Shown here: positions 9,868 through 19,641 of the stretch, one piece after another
Layout of the letters: each line of letters starts with the position of its first letter
Numbering within the stretch: position 1 is the stretch's first letter
From: an uncultured Candidatus Saccharibacteria bacterium
GTDB lineage: Bacteria; Patescibacteriota; Minisyncoccia; Sungbacterales; HO2-52-23
Assembly: GCA_964585475.1 (NCBI GenBank)
Contig: CAZPDF010000003.1
Span: 7,983-71,982 of the forward strand
Direction of reading: 5' to 3'
DNA length: 64,000 bases
Translations under genes and position numbers: made by a program
Notes under the pieces: generated by a model
What the model saw: only the letters and a program-made list of their open reading frames with translations
Told to the model about the DNA's origin: nothing
The model's database searches: none

Positions 9868-10287
9868 CTAACGTTTGGATGGGCCAGCGCTCTCTCTGGC
9901 TTTAAGGATGTGTGCTTCGAGTTCTTGAATTTGGTTAGATAATTTCAACTGTTCGTCCGTGGGGAGCGTTGTCATCAATACATCGTTTTCGGAGAGTTTT
10001 GTAGCGCTCAGCCGCTCCAGCAACGTCCTCCTTTGCTCTATTAAATTTCTCACATCTGGGGGGGCTTCCGCATCAGCCGCAAAAAGTGCCTCTCGTGCTC
10101 CCTTCAGTTTTTCGATTGCTCTCCGGACCTCCTCGGCCTTATCGTATTTACCGGAAACAATTAAGAGTTCCTCCCTTTTTCTTAATTCCTTTAGTTGCTT
10201 CTCTATATCTTCAAAACGCAAGGCCGGTCCCGTGGTTTCTACGGTCCCTTCAACGGTCGGTTGCGGTTGTAAAAATTCCATGCCCAT
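9868..10287 (-). CDS. Hypothetical coiled-coil protein (UVR-like helix)
   Basis: Charged helical sequence GKYDKAEEVRRAIEKL. Confidence 0.55.
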   Translation of the reverse strand: MGMEFLQPQPTVEGTVETTGPALRFEDIEKQLKELRKREELLIVSGKYDKAEEVRRAIEKLKGAREALFAADAEAPPDVRNLIEQRRTLLERLSATKLSENDVLMTTLPTDEQLKLSNQIQELEAHILKARESAGPSKR

Positions 10288-10357
10288 AATAGATAATGCC
10301 TATTTTACTCTTCCCAAGAATACCACTTGCAGCACGGTCGTGCAACCCGACGCCGCA

Positions 10358-12979
10358 TTAAATCTTTCCCTGTTCTCCCCAGTTTGCCCCCGCTTTCACG
10401 TCCACGACGAGCGGGACTTTTAACTCGGCAGCGCTCTCCATAATTTTTTTAATCATTCGTACGCCTTCGACAGGCTCAGGCAATAACATTTTTTCATTGA
10501 CCTCAAACAAAAGCTCGTCATGGACTTGAAGAAGCAACCGGACATCGTTCTCTAATTTTTCTTTCTTAATCCACTCGTCAACTTTAATCATGGCGATTTT
10601 GATAATATCTCCGGTTGCCGAACCCTGCACAGGCATATTAACAGCCATGCGTTCCGCCTCCCGACGCAGTTGCCAGTTCGGGGAATGGATTTCGGGAATG
10701 TAGCGGCGCCGTCCAAAAATTGTTTCCACATATCCCCGCTCTTCAGCAAAGCGCTTGGTCCGCTCGATATAATCTCGGATTCCGGAAAAATCTTGAAAAT
10801 ATTCGTCAATGAATTTTTTGGCCTCCTCCCGCGACATGCCGGTTGACTCGGCAAGTGCTTGCGACCCCATTCCGTATAGAATCCCAAAATTAAGGGTCTT
10901 CGCGGCCCGGCGTTGCTCGGCCGTTACTTTTTCAAGCGGGATGTTATAGATCTCGGAGGCGGTCATTTTATGAATATCGAGTCCCTTTTTGAAGGCCTCG
11001 ATCATTTTTTTATCATCCGCCAAATGAGCCGCGACCCGAAGCTCAATCTGCGAATAATCGAACGACACTAGTTCGTATCCCTTCTCCGCCACAAAGGCCT
11101 TTCGAATCTCGCGCCCGACCTCGGACAGGACGGGTATATTCTGAAGATTGGGGTCGGAGGAAGAAAGCCGCCCCGTTACCGTGCCGGTCTGATTAAAAGT
11201 GGTGTGCACCCTTCCGGTTTTTGGATTTATAAGCTCGGGGAGCGCATCAACATAGGTAGTTTTTAACTTCATTAATTCGCGATAGCGAAGAATTTCTGCG
11301 ATAATCGGGTGCGTTTCGCGAAGTTTTTCTAGCTCGGATTCACGGGTGGAAATAACTCCTCCTTTTTCCGTTTTTCGAAGCCCTAGAGTTTTTATTTTGA
11401 GCCCTTCAAAAAGAATACGCGACAACTGCTGAGACGAATTGATATTGAATTCTTCTCCCGCAAGTTTGTAAATTTTTTTAGTGAGGTCCAAGAGTTCACT
11501 ATCTATCTTTTTTGCGAGCCGCCCCAAAAAATCCTTGTTGATAAGAATTCCGCGGTCCTCCATGTCGGCGAGAACCCTCGCCACCGGAAGCTCGATCCTC
11601 TCGAGCACCTCCCGAAGTTTTCCGGAAGAAAGTTTGGTTTCGTACGATTTCACGATTTCAAAAAAATGCGCGAATTCTTCCCGGACGTCGGGCGCGAGAA
11701 GCCGTCCGAGCTCTCGCACGGCGATCGCGGGGAACGAGAAATCGCGGAAAACCGTGCTCGTAAGATAGGCCGCGGTCATGAGGTCAAACCGTATTTTCCC
11801 GAGTTCGATTCCGTAGGCGCGAAGAAGGTGGATGATTGATTTTCCGTCATGCACGAAAAACTTCTCGCCCTCCAAGCCCTTTTTGACACGCGCCTCTCGG
11901 AAAAGCCGTGGATCAAGGATAAAGACCCTTTTTCCTTCCCGGGGAATCAAAAAAAGATCCCCGCCTTCAAAAATAAGAGCAGCGTCCTGCCACGCACTAT
12001 CGCCGAGGCGTTTTTCTATATTCTCCGGCACGAGCTTCTCGATTTTTGCTTCCCCGATCTCCGTAGACGAAATAAGGGCCGGCTGAATCATTACCTTCTC
12101 TTTTCCCCCCTCGAGGCGTTTTAATAAACTGAAAAAACCGTATTTTTGAAAAACTTCCCGGATTTTCTTCTCGTCCCCTCCGTCCTTCCAGCGAAGTTCG
12201 TCCAGGCGGAAGGTTACGGGAACGTTGGCACGAATAGTGACAAGTTCTTTTGAAAATTTGGCGTCCTTTTCCCCCTCTTTCAATTTGGCCGCGATTGATT
12301 CCGAAACCTTTTTGGTCCCTTTTTTCAGCGCCTTATACACACCCTCAACGGATCCGAATTCGCGGATAAGTCCCGCTGCCGTCTTCTCCCCTATACCCTT
12401 GACTCCGGCGATATTATCCGACGGGTCACCTTTCAGCCCCTTAAAATCCACCAGCTGCGCGGGCTTAAGGCCGTAGCGCTCGACTACTGCTTTCTCGTCA
12501 TAAATAACGGTCTCGGTGATGCCCTTTTTCATTGAATAAACCTTGAGCCGCGGGCGGACAAGCTGGAGCGCATCGAGATCTCCGGTGACCACAACGATTT
12601 CCGTGTCCTTTTGGCCGAACAATTTTTTAGCTATGGTTCCGATGATATCATCCGCCTCAAATCCCTCTTTTTCAAAAACCGGAATTCCGAATGCGTTCAG
12701 CACCTCCCGCACCTTGGCAAACTGGCTTGAGAGATCAGTTGGGGTCTCCGGCCTCTGCGCTTTATAGCGCTCGTAGGCGATATGGCGAAAGGTCGGCCCC
12801 GGCAAATCAAAAGCGGCCGCGATGTAGTCGGGTTTAAGTTCGCGCAAGACCCGCAAAAGCATCGTCGTAAATCCGTAAACTGCGTTCGTGGGTTCGCCGG
12901 AGGGCGAGGTCAGGGGCGGAAGAGCGTGATAGGCGCGGTGGATTATGGCGTGGGAGTCGATTAAAATTAAACGCTTCAT
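10358..12979 (-). CDS. polA: DNA polymerase I
   Basis: 5'-3' exonuclease (EADDIIGT, GDPSDNI), polymerase motifs DYSQIELR, KTLNFGILYG, LQVHDEL; 3'-5' exonuclease domain degenerate. Confidence 0.98.
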   Translation of the reverse strand: MKRLILIDSHAIIHRAYHALPPLTSPSGEPTNAVYGFTTMLLRVLRELKPDYIAAAFDLPGPTFRHIAYERYKAQRPETPTDLSSQFAKVREVLNAFGIPVFEKEGFEADDIIGTIAKKLFGQKDTEIVVVTGDLDALQLVRPRLKVYSMKKGITETVIYDEKAVVERYGLKPAQLVDFKGLKGDPSDNIAGVKGIGEKTAAGLIREFGSVEGVYKALKKGTKKVSESIAAKLKEGEKDAKFSKELVTIRANVPVTFRLDELRWKDGGDEKKIREVFQKYGFFSLLKRLEGGKEKVMIQPALISSTEIGEAKIEKLVPENIEKRLGDSAWQDAALIFEGGDLFLIPREGKRVFILDPRLFREARVKKGLEGEKFFVHDGKSIIHLLRAYGIELGKIRFDLMTAAYLTSTVFRDFSFPAIAVRELGRLLAPDVREEFAHFFEIVKSYETKLSSGKLREVLERIELPVARVLADMEDRGILINKDFLGRLAKKIDSELLDLTKKIYKLAGEEFNINSSQQLSRILFEGLKIKTLGLRKTEKGGVISTRESELEKLRETHPIIAEILRYRELMKLKTTYVDALPELINPKTGRVHTTFNQTGTVTGRLSSSDPNLQNIPVLSEVGREIRKAFVAEKGYELVSFDYSQIELRVAAHLADDKKMIEAFKKGLDIHKMTASEIYNIPLEKVTAEQRRAAKTLNFGILYGMGSQALAESTGMSREEAKKFIDEYFQDFSGIRDYIERTKRFAEERGYVETIFGRRRYIPEIHSPNWQLRREAERMAVNMPVQGSATGDIIKIAMIKVDEWIKKEKLENDVRLLLQVHDELLFEVNEKMLLPEPVEGVRMIKKIMESAAELKVPLVVDVKAGANWGEQGKI

Positions 12980-12986
12980 TTTTCAG

Positions 12987-13096
12987 ACGAATAGCCGCGA
13001 ATCCTTGACGAATGAACGCGAATCGCGAATCCGCGCGGATCCTAAATAATCATTCGTGATTCGTGAAAATTCGTTGGTCATTCGTGCAAATTCGTT
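12987..13096. repeat. Inverted array of CGAAT/ATTCG periodic repeats
   Basis: acgaat..gcgaat..acgaat..gcgaat..gcgaat followed by attcgt x5. Confidence 0.85.
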
Positions 13097-13587
13097 TTAA
13101 GTATACGTTCGTGAAGATTCCTGCCGTGTTTAAATTTTATCCAGAGCGCAGATTTGGGTATCAATTTGCGAACATGGTTTGCCCACTCGATAGGAATTAT
13201 GGCATCCCGGTCTTTCAATAAGTTTTTGAGCCCGAGGTGTAGTAAATCTTTGGGAGAGTTGAGGCGGTAGCAATCAATGTGAATTAAGTGTCTTAACTTT
13301 GGGTTTTGGGCTTTGGGCCCCGCGCCAGAACCTATGGTTCGGTGCGGGGCATGCTTTGGACTTATTTGGTAAATCTTCATCAGTACAAACGTGGGGCTCA
13401 AGACATTTTCCTTTACTCCCAAGGCCCTGGCAAGTCCCTGAACAAAAGTCGTTTTTCCGGAACCCAAATTGCCTTCAAGGGCCAGTACCAAAGCCGACGA
13501 TCTCGGCTGCATTTTAAGAATCTTTTTGACTAATAAGGCCGCTGTTTTTTGGGTCTCGGTCGGGCTTTTCGTTTTAATTTCCAGCAT
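13078..13587 (-). CDS. tsaE: tRNA threonylcarbamoyladenosine biosynthesis ATPase TsaE
   Basis: LEGNLGSGKTTF, SPTF, HIDCYRL, IEWA; in-frame repeat insertion; start reassigned to 13587. Confidence 0.93.
   Translation of the reverse strand: MLEIKTKSPTETQKTAALLVKKILKMQPRSSALVLALEGNLGSGKTTFVQGLARALGVKENVLSPTFVLMKIYQISPKHAPHRTIGSGAGPKAQNPKLRHLIHIDCYRLNSPKDLLHLGLKNLLKDRDAIIPIEWANHVRKLIPKSALWIKFKHGRNLHERILKTNLHE
13297..13360. repeat. CCCCGC..GCGGGG-CATG palindrome nested in a (CTTTGGG)n heptamer array, in-frame in tsaE
   Basis: ccccgcgccagaacctatggttcggtgcggggcatg flanked by tttggg repeats; encodes PKHAPHRTIGSGAGPKAQNPK. Confidence 0.85.
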
Positions 13588-13670
13588 AATATTCTCAGCG
13601 TAGCAATTTTTTCGGGAATTGAGAACGCCCGCTCCTTGAAGGAAACGGGCGTTTCTACTGCGGCGATCTG

Positions 13671-14153
13671 CTACCACCTGCCCTGCGCCATGCGCTGGCG
13701 GAAGTAGGCGTTGCCGTTCTGCCAGGATCCCTGGCAGGTCGACCAGAGCTCGGGGTCCGCGGAGTAACGGTCGCAGGCCTGAATCATGTGACCCGCATTG
13801 CCTGCGGCGTATCCGAACTGGTGAGCGTCGTTCCGCATGCTGGCCCGGATCGCACCGTAGTCATACACCGGCTGTGAGTACACAGGCGGGTAGTACACTG
13901 GCGCTGGCGGGTAGTACGCGGGTGTGACCGGGTAACAGCCGGGCATGAACTGGTTGCAGTGGGGGGTCATGGTGCCCCGGACAACGGTGTAGAGGGCGTC
14001 GGTGGCGATGTTGCCAGCCATATTCGCGAGCATGAGCTCGCCGAAACTGGGGCCCCTTCGCCCACCTGCCTCAGCCTGAGGCACCGGAAGAGCGATCGCC
14101 AGGACCGCGATAACCATGAGGATCGAAAGAGCGAGCATGCTGATCCTTCTCAT
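13671..14153 (-). CDS. Hypothetical secreted protein with Pro/Tyr-rich linker
   Basis: Signal peptide ending AEA; GAGGAGG RBS. Confidence 0.7.
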   Translation of the reverse strand: MRRISMLALSILMVIAVLAIALPVPQAEAGGRRGPSFGELMLANMAGNIATDALYTVVRGTMTPHCNQFMPGCYPVTPAYYPPAPVYYPPVYSQPVYDYGAIRASMRNDAHQFGYAAGNAGHMIQACDRYSADPELWSTCQGSWQNGNAYFRQRMAQGRW

Positions 14154-14269
14154 TGCTTGTCCCTCCTCAGGGTGGTGATTTCGGTCGGTTTAGGTCGATA
14201 GATACGCTATCATTAGGCCTTGATACCTTCATTCTATCAGAAATCGAATAAAAAGTCAAGTATCTTAAC

Positions 14270-14278
14270 TTATCCACA
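14270..14278 (+). promoter_or_regulatory. Perfect DnaA box (isolated)
   Basis: TTATCCACA in a divergent intergenic region. Confidence 0.45.
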
Positions 14279-14309
14279 TATTTAAATTGACTGTGCCTAA
14301 ATAGCGCGC

Positions 14310-14421
14310 TACGAATGAGGCGAAGAACGCCCATCAATAAATACACGAATTTTACCGCGCACCAATATCACGAATAGAAATTCGTGCGGTTCGTGCGGAA
14401 ATTCGTGGACAAATTCGTGGC
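14310..14421. repeat. Inverted array of ACGAAT/TTCGTG periodic repeats
   Basis: acgaat..cacgaat..cacgaat followed by ttcgtg x4. Confidence 0.85.
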
Positions 14422-14422
14422 A

Positions 14423-15541
14423 ATGGACATCCAAAAAGCCGTCGAACTTCTCGAGCGAAGCGCGCACGTAGCAGTGATCCTGCCGCCGAATCCGGATTTT
14501 GATACTCTCGCCGCGGCAGAAACCCTGCTTCGGGTGCTGCTCGCGCAAAAAAAGAAGATCGGGCTTATGACCGTCCAGCCCAGAGATCAAACGATTGTGT
14601 CTCTCCCTATTTTAAAAACGCTTCGCGAGAATCCCCTGCTCCCGCGCGAATTTATCGTCTCCCTTGATACTTCACGCTCGCCGGTGGCCGAGATGCGTTA
14701 CGAAAAGAGCGAGAGGGGCATAGACGTTATTTTTTCGCCCCAATCGGAGGAGCTGACCAAAGACGCGGTCTCCTGCAAACCAGGCAAGATGCTATGCGAC
14801 GCCGCGCTTGTACTCGGAGTTCAAGACATAGAATCCCTCAACGGCTCGCTGGGGGTTGAACCGCAATTCTTCAGCGAGACCCCCCTTATAAATATTGACG
14901 TATCCGCCGCCAACCGAAAATATGCGGAAGTGAATCTGGTCGAAGAATCCTATCCGGCAATTTCTCAAATCGTTTATCATCTGGCCTCCGCGCTGGTTGA
15001 CGGCCCCCTGAAGGAAGAGGAGGCAACGCTGGTCTTGGCCGGAATTTTCGATAAAACCGAACAATTTCACTCCTCCAATATGCAGGCCGATACCCTGCTG
15101 GCCGCGTCCGAGCTCGTACGCCTGGGCGCGCGCTACAACGAGGCAACGACTTTGGCCATGGAGAAGGCGCCGTTAGAACTCTTCCAGCTTTGCGGCAGAG
15201 CAGCGGTTCGTTCGAAACTGGACGAAGAAAAAGGAATTCTCTGGTCATTCTTAACCGCCGAAGATTTTACTAAAACCGGGCGAGGGCTTCGTGACGCCTC
15301 GAGCGTAGTTCGGCATCTCGAACGGAACTTCCCGCCGCGGCGCCTGGTTGCCCTTCTTTCGCAGGATCCGGAGAAAAAAGGTGTCGGAGTCACGCTGGCA
15401 GGAGACGCCGAGCTCCTTCGCTCCATACAAGGAACGGAGGCGGGCGAATTTCAAAGCCCGCATCTTAAATTAACCGTCCGGTTCTCTTCGTTCCGCGAGG
15501 GGGAAGAGTTTATTACCTCACTCCTTACCCGCGTTCTTTAA
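14423..15541 (+). CDS. DHH/NrnA-like protein with degenerate catalytic motifs
   Basis: P.NPDFD, INIDVSAAN (DHH replaced), GIFDKTEQF, SFLTAEDF resemble DHH phosphoesterases. Confidence 0.6.
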   Translation: MDIQKAVELLERSAHVAVILPPNPDFDTLAAAETLLRVLLAQKKKIGLMTVQPRDQTIVSLPILKTLRENPLLPREFIVSLDTSRSPVAEMRYEKSERGIDVIFSPQSEELTKDAVSCKPGKMLCDAALVLGVQDIESLNGSLGVEPQFFSETPLINIDVSAANRKYAEVNLVEESYPAISQIVYHLASALVDGPLKEEEATLVLAGIFDKTEQFHSSNMQADTLLAASELVRLGARYNEATTLAMEKAPLELFQLCGRAAVRSKLDEEKGILWSFLTAEDFTKTGRGLRDASSVVRHLERNFPPRRLVALLSQDPEKKGVGVTLAGDAELLRSIQGTEAGEFQSPHLKLTVRFSSFREGEEFITSLLTRVL

Positions 15542-15638
15542 AAAGGATATAATACCATCAGGAATAACAGCACGGGTTAGCTGCGAATTACTAAAAATGG
15601 CATTCATGCCGTTCGCGCCGTATTCATGCTAAAACTTT

Positions 15639-17303
15639 GTGGTCAAGCCACAAGAGGAAAAAGCCGAGCGTAAAATTGAATTCCTGCGGAGGAAGGAAGA
15701 GGAAGAGAGCGTAAAGATGCTCGCCGCCAAATACAAAATTCCCTATCTTGATCTTGCGATCTATCCTGTGGAGACCGATGCGCTACGCATAGTGACGGAG
15801 GAGAAAGCGCGGATGGGAGAACTTGCCGTGTTCCAGGTGGCGGGAACAAATATTAAAATTGGCGTGAGAAACCCCTCCAAAGAAGAGACCGGGCCCGTTT
15901 TAAAGCGGCTGGAGGAGAATCGCTACCGGATCGAATTGTTTCTGGTATCCAGACACGGCCTGGAGCACGCCTGGAGTTTCTATCGGAAGGCAACGGAAAA
16001 AAAGACGGTCGAGACCGGAGTCATCCAGGTTTCCAATGAAAAAATAGCGAGTCTCGCCAGGGAAATCACCAACGTTACAGAAATAAAGGACCGCATAGCC
16101 AAGACCTTCTTCGGAAGAACCACGGAGGCCCTTGAAATTATACTCGCCGGGTCCCTCGCGGTCGACGCCTCGGACGTTCACGTTGAACCGCAAAAAACAG
16201 GAGTGCGGATCCGCTTCCGGCTTGACGGCGTCCTACAGGACGTTATCGATATCCCGCCCAAACTTTATTCGCTCCTGCTTTCTCGCATAAAACTCATCTC
16301 CGAACTAAAGCTAAACATCCACGATAAAGCCCAGGACGGGCGCTTTACCATAAAAACCGACTCAGCCGACATAGAAGTGCGCACCTCGGTTCTCCCGGGC
16401 CCTGATGGAGAAAATATCGTCCTGCGGATACTCAACCCGAAAACCATACAAGTTCCCTTTGAGAATCTGGGTATACAGCCCTGGGTAATCGAAACGATGG
16501 AGCAGGAGCTTAAAAAACCCAATGGCATGATTCTAACCACCGGCCCGACCGGTTCCGGAAAAACAACGACCCTTTATGCTTTTTTAAGAAAAATTCACTC
16601 TCCTGCCATAAAAATCATTACCCTCGAGGACCCGATCGAATACCACCTGCCGGGCGTCGAACAGACCCAGGTTGATCATGCGGCAGGATATGATTTTACA
16701 ACCGGTCTCCGCGCGATTTTACGCCAGGACCCCGATGTTATACTCGTCGGCGAGATAAGGGACATGGAAACAGCAGAAACCGCCATGCACGCAGCGCTTA
16801 CCGGCCACCTTGTGTTCTCGACTCTCCACACCAATAATGCCGCTGGAACCGTGCCGCGGCTTCTCGACCTTGGAGTAAAACCGGCTATTATCGCGCCCGC
16901 GATCAACGTATCCATGGCGCAGCGGCTTGTCCGCAAGCTCTGCCCAGCATGTCGCTTTCCGGCGAAGCCCCCCAAAGCCAAACTTAACGAAATAGATAGG
17001 GCTCTCGCCGGCCTTCCGAAAGGAGTTCCAAGGCCCGCGGCAAACGCCTGGACGATATACGCAGCCCAGGAGAACGGGTGTTCCGCCTGTAACAACACGG
17101 GTTACAAGGGCAGGATCGGCCTTTTTGAAATCATATTGGTGGACGAGTCCATAGAACATCTTATTTTGAAAGAACCTTCGGAATATGAAATACAAAAAGT
17201 GGCGCTGGGTCAGGGCCAGATCACCATGGCGCAAGACGGACTTCTCAAGCTTCTTGCCGGCACCACAGATTTTGCGGAACTAATAAGGGTTCTCGGCGTC
17301 TGA
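15639..17303 (+). CDS. pilB: Type IV pilus/T2SS assembly ATPase (PilB/GspE family)
   Basis: ASDVHVEP, AQDGRF, TGPTGSGKTTTLY, TLEDPIEY, LRQDPDVILVGEIRD, TGHLVFSTLHTN, two CxxC. Confidence 0.93.
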   Translation: MVKPQEEKAERKIEFLRRKEEEESVKMLAAKYKIPYLDLAIYPVETDALRIVTEEKARMGELAVFQVAGTNIKIGVRNPSKEETGPVLKRLEENRYRIELFLVSRHGLEHAWSFYRKATEKKTVETGVIQVSNEKIASLAREITNVTEIKDRIAKTFFGRTTEALEIILAGSLAVDASDVHVEPQKTGVRIRFRLDGVLQDVIDIPPKLYSLLLSRIKLISELKLNIHDKAQDGRFTIKTDSADIEVRTSVLPGPDGENIVLRILNPKTIQVPFENLGIQPWVIETMEQELKKPNGMILTTGPTGSGKTTTLYAFLRKIHSPAIKIITLEDPIEYHLPGVEQTQVDHAAGYDFTTGLRAILRQDPDVILVGEIRDMETAETAMHAALTGHLVFSTLHTNNAAGTVPRLLDLGVKPAIIAPAINVSMAQRLVRKLCPACRFPAKPPKAKLNEIDRALAGLPKGVPRPAANAWTIYAAQENGCSACNNTGYKGRIGLFEIILVDESIEHLILKEPSEYEIQKVALGQGQITMAQDGLLKLLAGTTDFAELIRVLGV

Positions 17304-17332
17304 ACTAGTAACTGGTTACTAGTTACTGCCTT

Positions 17333-17499
17333 CTGGGGCCGTGGGCAATTACTCCGGTTTGGGAACACGGAGGCTAGAATTTCTCCCAGGCACAGTTCAG
17401 TAACTGGTTACTAGTAAACTAGTGACCAACCAGACTGCCCTGGTTTAAAAATCCCCATTAAGGTCTGAGTCCTCACACCTTAATTGCCCACGGCCTCAG
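17333..17499. ncRNA. Candidate structured ncRNA (6S-RNA-like architecture)
   Basis: 19-bp closing stem ctggggccgtgggcaatta/taattgcccacggcctcag, A/U-rich central bubble with two side hairpins, long terminal stem; about 167 nt. Confidence 0.45.
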
Positions 17500-17557
17500 C
17501 AGACAACCGGTTACCAGTTACTGGCAACTAAAAAGAGGGCGCTACCCCTCCTAGTAC

Positions 17558-17702
17558 CTATACCCAGTAGTAGTCTTCGGCAGTAATGTTAGGCGGCCCC
17601 GAATTTATAAGTAGAACACGGGTAACTCTAATAAGTTCTCGCGGTGAACACGCCCCTATTCTAGCGGCAAAGCTGCAGCCGAAGAGTTACTCCCGGGCAT
17701 AG
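17558..17702 (-). other. Structured repeat element copy 2 / candidate ncRNA
   Basis: Homologous to 21504-21699 and 4097-4200; G-U wobbles favour the minus strand. Confidence 0.7.
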
Positions 17703-17724
17703 AAAATCTACAAAAACTATACTA

Positions 17725-17753
17725 AATTATCCGGGTTCGGCCGAGTCCTGTCA
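17725..17753 (-). promoter_or_regulatory. Sigma70 promoter pointing into element copy 2
   Basis: Minus strand TTGACA-17 nt-GATAAT. Confidence 0.6.
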
Positions 17754-17786
17754 ATATGCTACTTATTATAACAAAATAAAAATATT

Positions 17787-18806
17787 ATGTCAAATGCTCC
17801 CTTGGTGGCTCCGCACCGCGAGAAAGAAGATGTGGTGCTGGACCTTACCCTTCGCCCACAGCGTTGGGAAGAGTACATCGGACAGGAACGCCTTAAAAAG
17901 AATTTGCGAATTCATATTGACGCGGCCAAAAAAAGAGGAGAGCCGATAGAACACATCTTATTGTCGGGGCCGGCCGGCCTTGGCAAAACCAGCATGGCAC
18001 ATCTTATTGCCCGCGAAATGAATACCAATATCCGTGTAACCTCCGGCCCGGCAATTGAGCGCGTGGGGGACCTCGCCTCCATTCTCACCAACCTCCTCCC
18101 CGGAGACATTCTTTTTGTGGATGAGGCGCATCGCTTAAATAAAATGGTGGAGGAGGTACTCTACCCAGCCATGGAATCGCGCACGCTTGATATCGTAATA
18201 GGTAAAGGGCCGTCGGCGCGCACCATACAGATCGAATTACCTCCTTTTACCCTTATGGCGGCGACCACCCGCATCGGGTTACTTTCCAGCCCCCTTCGCT
18301 CCCGCTTCGGCGGGTCTTTCCGTCTGGATTTTTATACCCGGGGCGAAATCGAGAAAATTATCGCGCGCTCCGCCAATATACTCCGGGTAGAAATAGAAGC
18401 TTCGGCCATCGGGGGCCTCGCGCGTGCAGCCAGATTCACCCCCCGCGTAGCCAACCGACTCTTGAAGCGCGCGCGTGACTATGCCGAGGTTCACGGGAGC
18501 GGAGCCATTACCGAGGAAATAGCGGGGCGTGCGCTTGCTCTTCTTGAAATTGACGCCTCGGGCCTCGAGTCTATGGACCGCAGGATTCTCGCGGTCATAA
18601 TCGATAAATTCGGGGGTGGGCCGGTAGGGCTTGCGGCCCTGGCCGCGGCGTCCGCCGAGGAGGAAGAGACGATTGAAGAAGTGTATGAACCCTATCTCAT
18701 GCAGCTTGGTTTCATCGAACGGACCCCAAGAGGAAGAACAGTCACGGAGCTCGCGTATGAGCACCTGGGGCGCGCGGTCAAAAAACAAAAGCCCCTGTTG
18801 GCATAA
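17787..18806 (+). CDS. ruvB: Holliday junction branch migration helicase RuvB
   Basis: [50 protein letters not shown]. Confidence 0.98.
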   Translation: MSNAPLVAPHREKEDVVLDLTLRPQRWEEYIGQERLKKNLRIHIDAAKKRGEPIEHILLSGPAGLGKTSMAHLIAREMNTNIRVTSGPAIERVGDLASILTNLLPGDILFVDEAHRLNKMVEEVLYPAMESRTLDIVIGKGPSARTIQIELPPFTLMAATTRIGLLSSPLRSRFGGSFRLDFYTRGEIEKIIARSANILRVEIEASAIGGLARAARFTPRVANRLLKRARDYAEVHGSGAITEEIAGRALALLEIDASGLESMDRRILAVIIDKFGGGPVGLAALAAASAEEEETIEEVYEPYLMQLGFIERTPRGRTVTELAYEHLGRAVKKQKPLLA

Positions 18807-18818
18807 CCCTTTTTAGAC

Positions 18819-19016
18819 ATGTTTGCTATCTCTTCCATTATTTTTATAATCTTCTCCCTGCTTTTTGGTTTATTTTCGGCGGCGATTCTTTATCACTTAC
18901 GGGAATACACGCTCCCGGGACACCCCGCGCCTAAAATTATAACTGGCTCTTATTTTTTTCTCTCGGCCCTTTTTTGGCTTTTTGCACTCTACTTCTTATT
19001 AAAAATGCCCTTTTAA
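18819..19016 (+). CDS. Small two-TM membrane protein
   Basis: Two hydrophobic helices around YHLREY; tightly packed in the operon. Confidence 0.6.
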   Translation: MFAISSIIFIIFSLLFGLFSAAILYHLREYTLPGHPAPKIITGSYFFLSALFWLFALYFLLKMPF

Positions 19017-19017
19017 A

Positions 19018-19548
19018 ATGCTCAAGTTAAACGAAAACGAACGCGTGGCGCTGGTTATCCGCAAGTACTGGTTCGTCATGGCCGGGCCGGTGATTACTTT
19101 CGTCCTCGCCCTAATCCTTCCGTCCGCCCTCCTCACCCTGTTGCCCTTCCTCGCCCCGGGGCTAGACCGAGAGATCATTGCGCCTGCGGTGAACTTTTTT
19201 CTGTCGCTATATATCATGGCACTTCTGGCATTTCTTTACCTGATCTGGGCGGATTATTACCTGGATATGTGGATCGTGACGAGCCAACGCATCATTGATA
19301 TTGAACAGCGCGGCCTTTTCAGCCGCGATGTTTCGGAAATCCCCATTGACCGGGTACAGGATATTACCATCGAGGTTCACGGATTTTTTGAAACCATGCT
19401 TAAGTTCGGTACGATCCGCATTCAGACCGCAGGAGAACGAGAGTTTGTGATCCACAACGTTCCCCGTCTTTATGAGACGAAAGATGCAATTTTGAAACAC
19501 CAGGCCGCTGCGAAAAATCCCCCACCCGAGATCCCGGGTAGGCTCTAA
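19018..19548 (+). CDS. Membrane protein with bacterial PH domain
   Basis: 2 TM helices then VTSQRIIDIEQRGLFSR..VQDITIE..FGTIRIQTAG. Confidence 0.8.
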   Translation: MLKLNENERVALVIRKYWFVMAGPVITFVLALILPSALLTLLPFLAPGLDREIIAPAVNFFLSLYIMALLAFLYLIWADYYLDMWIVTSQRIIDIEQRGLFSRDVSEIPIDRVQDITIEVHGFFETMLKFGTIRIQTAGEREFVIHNVPRLYETKDAILKHQAAAKNPPPEIPGRL

Positions 19549-19641
19549 TTCTTACCAACTTTTTAGTTACCGGTTTTCAATTGAGGATTGTCCGCCAGGG
19601 CGGATCCGCCCTGGCGGAAAAATTGAAAATTATAATTGCAT

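Noticed and set aside
12987-14421. Periodic CGAAT repeats as a CRISPR array
   Set aside because: Units are 5-9 nt, inverted and lack 25-45 nt unique spacers; no cas genes in the window.
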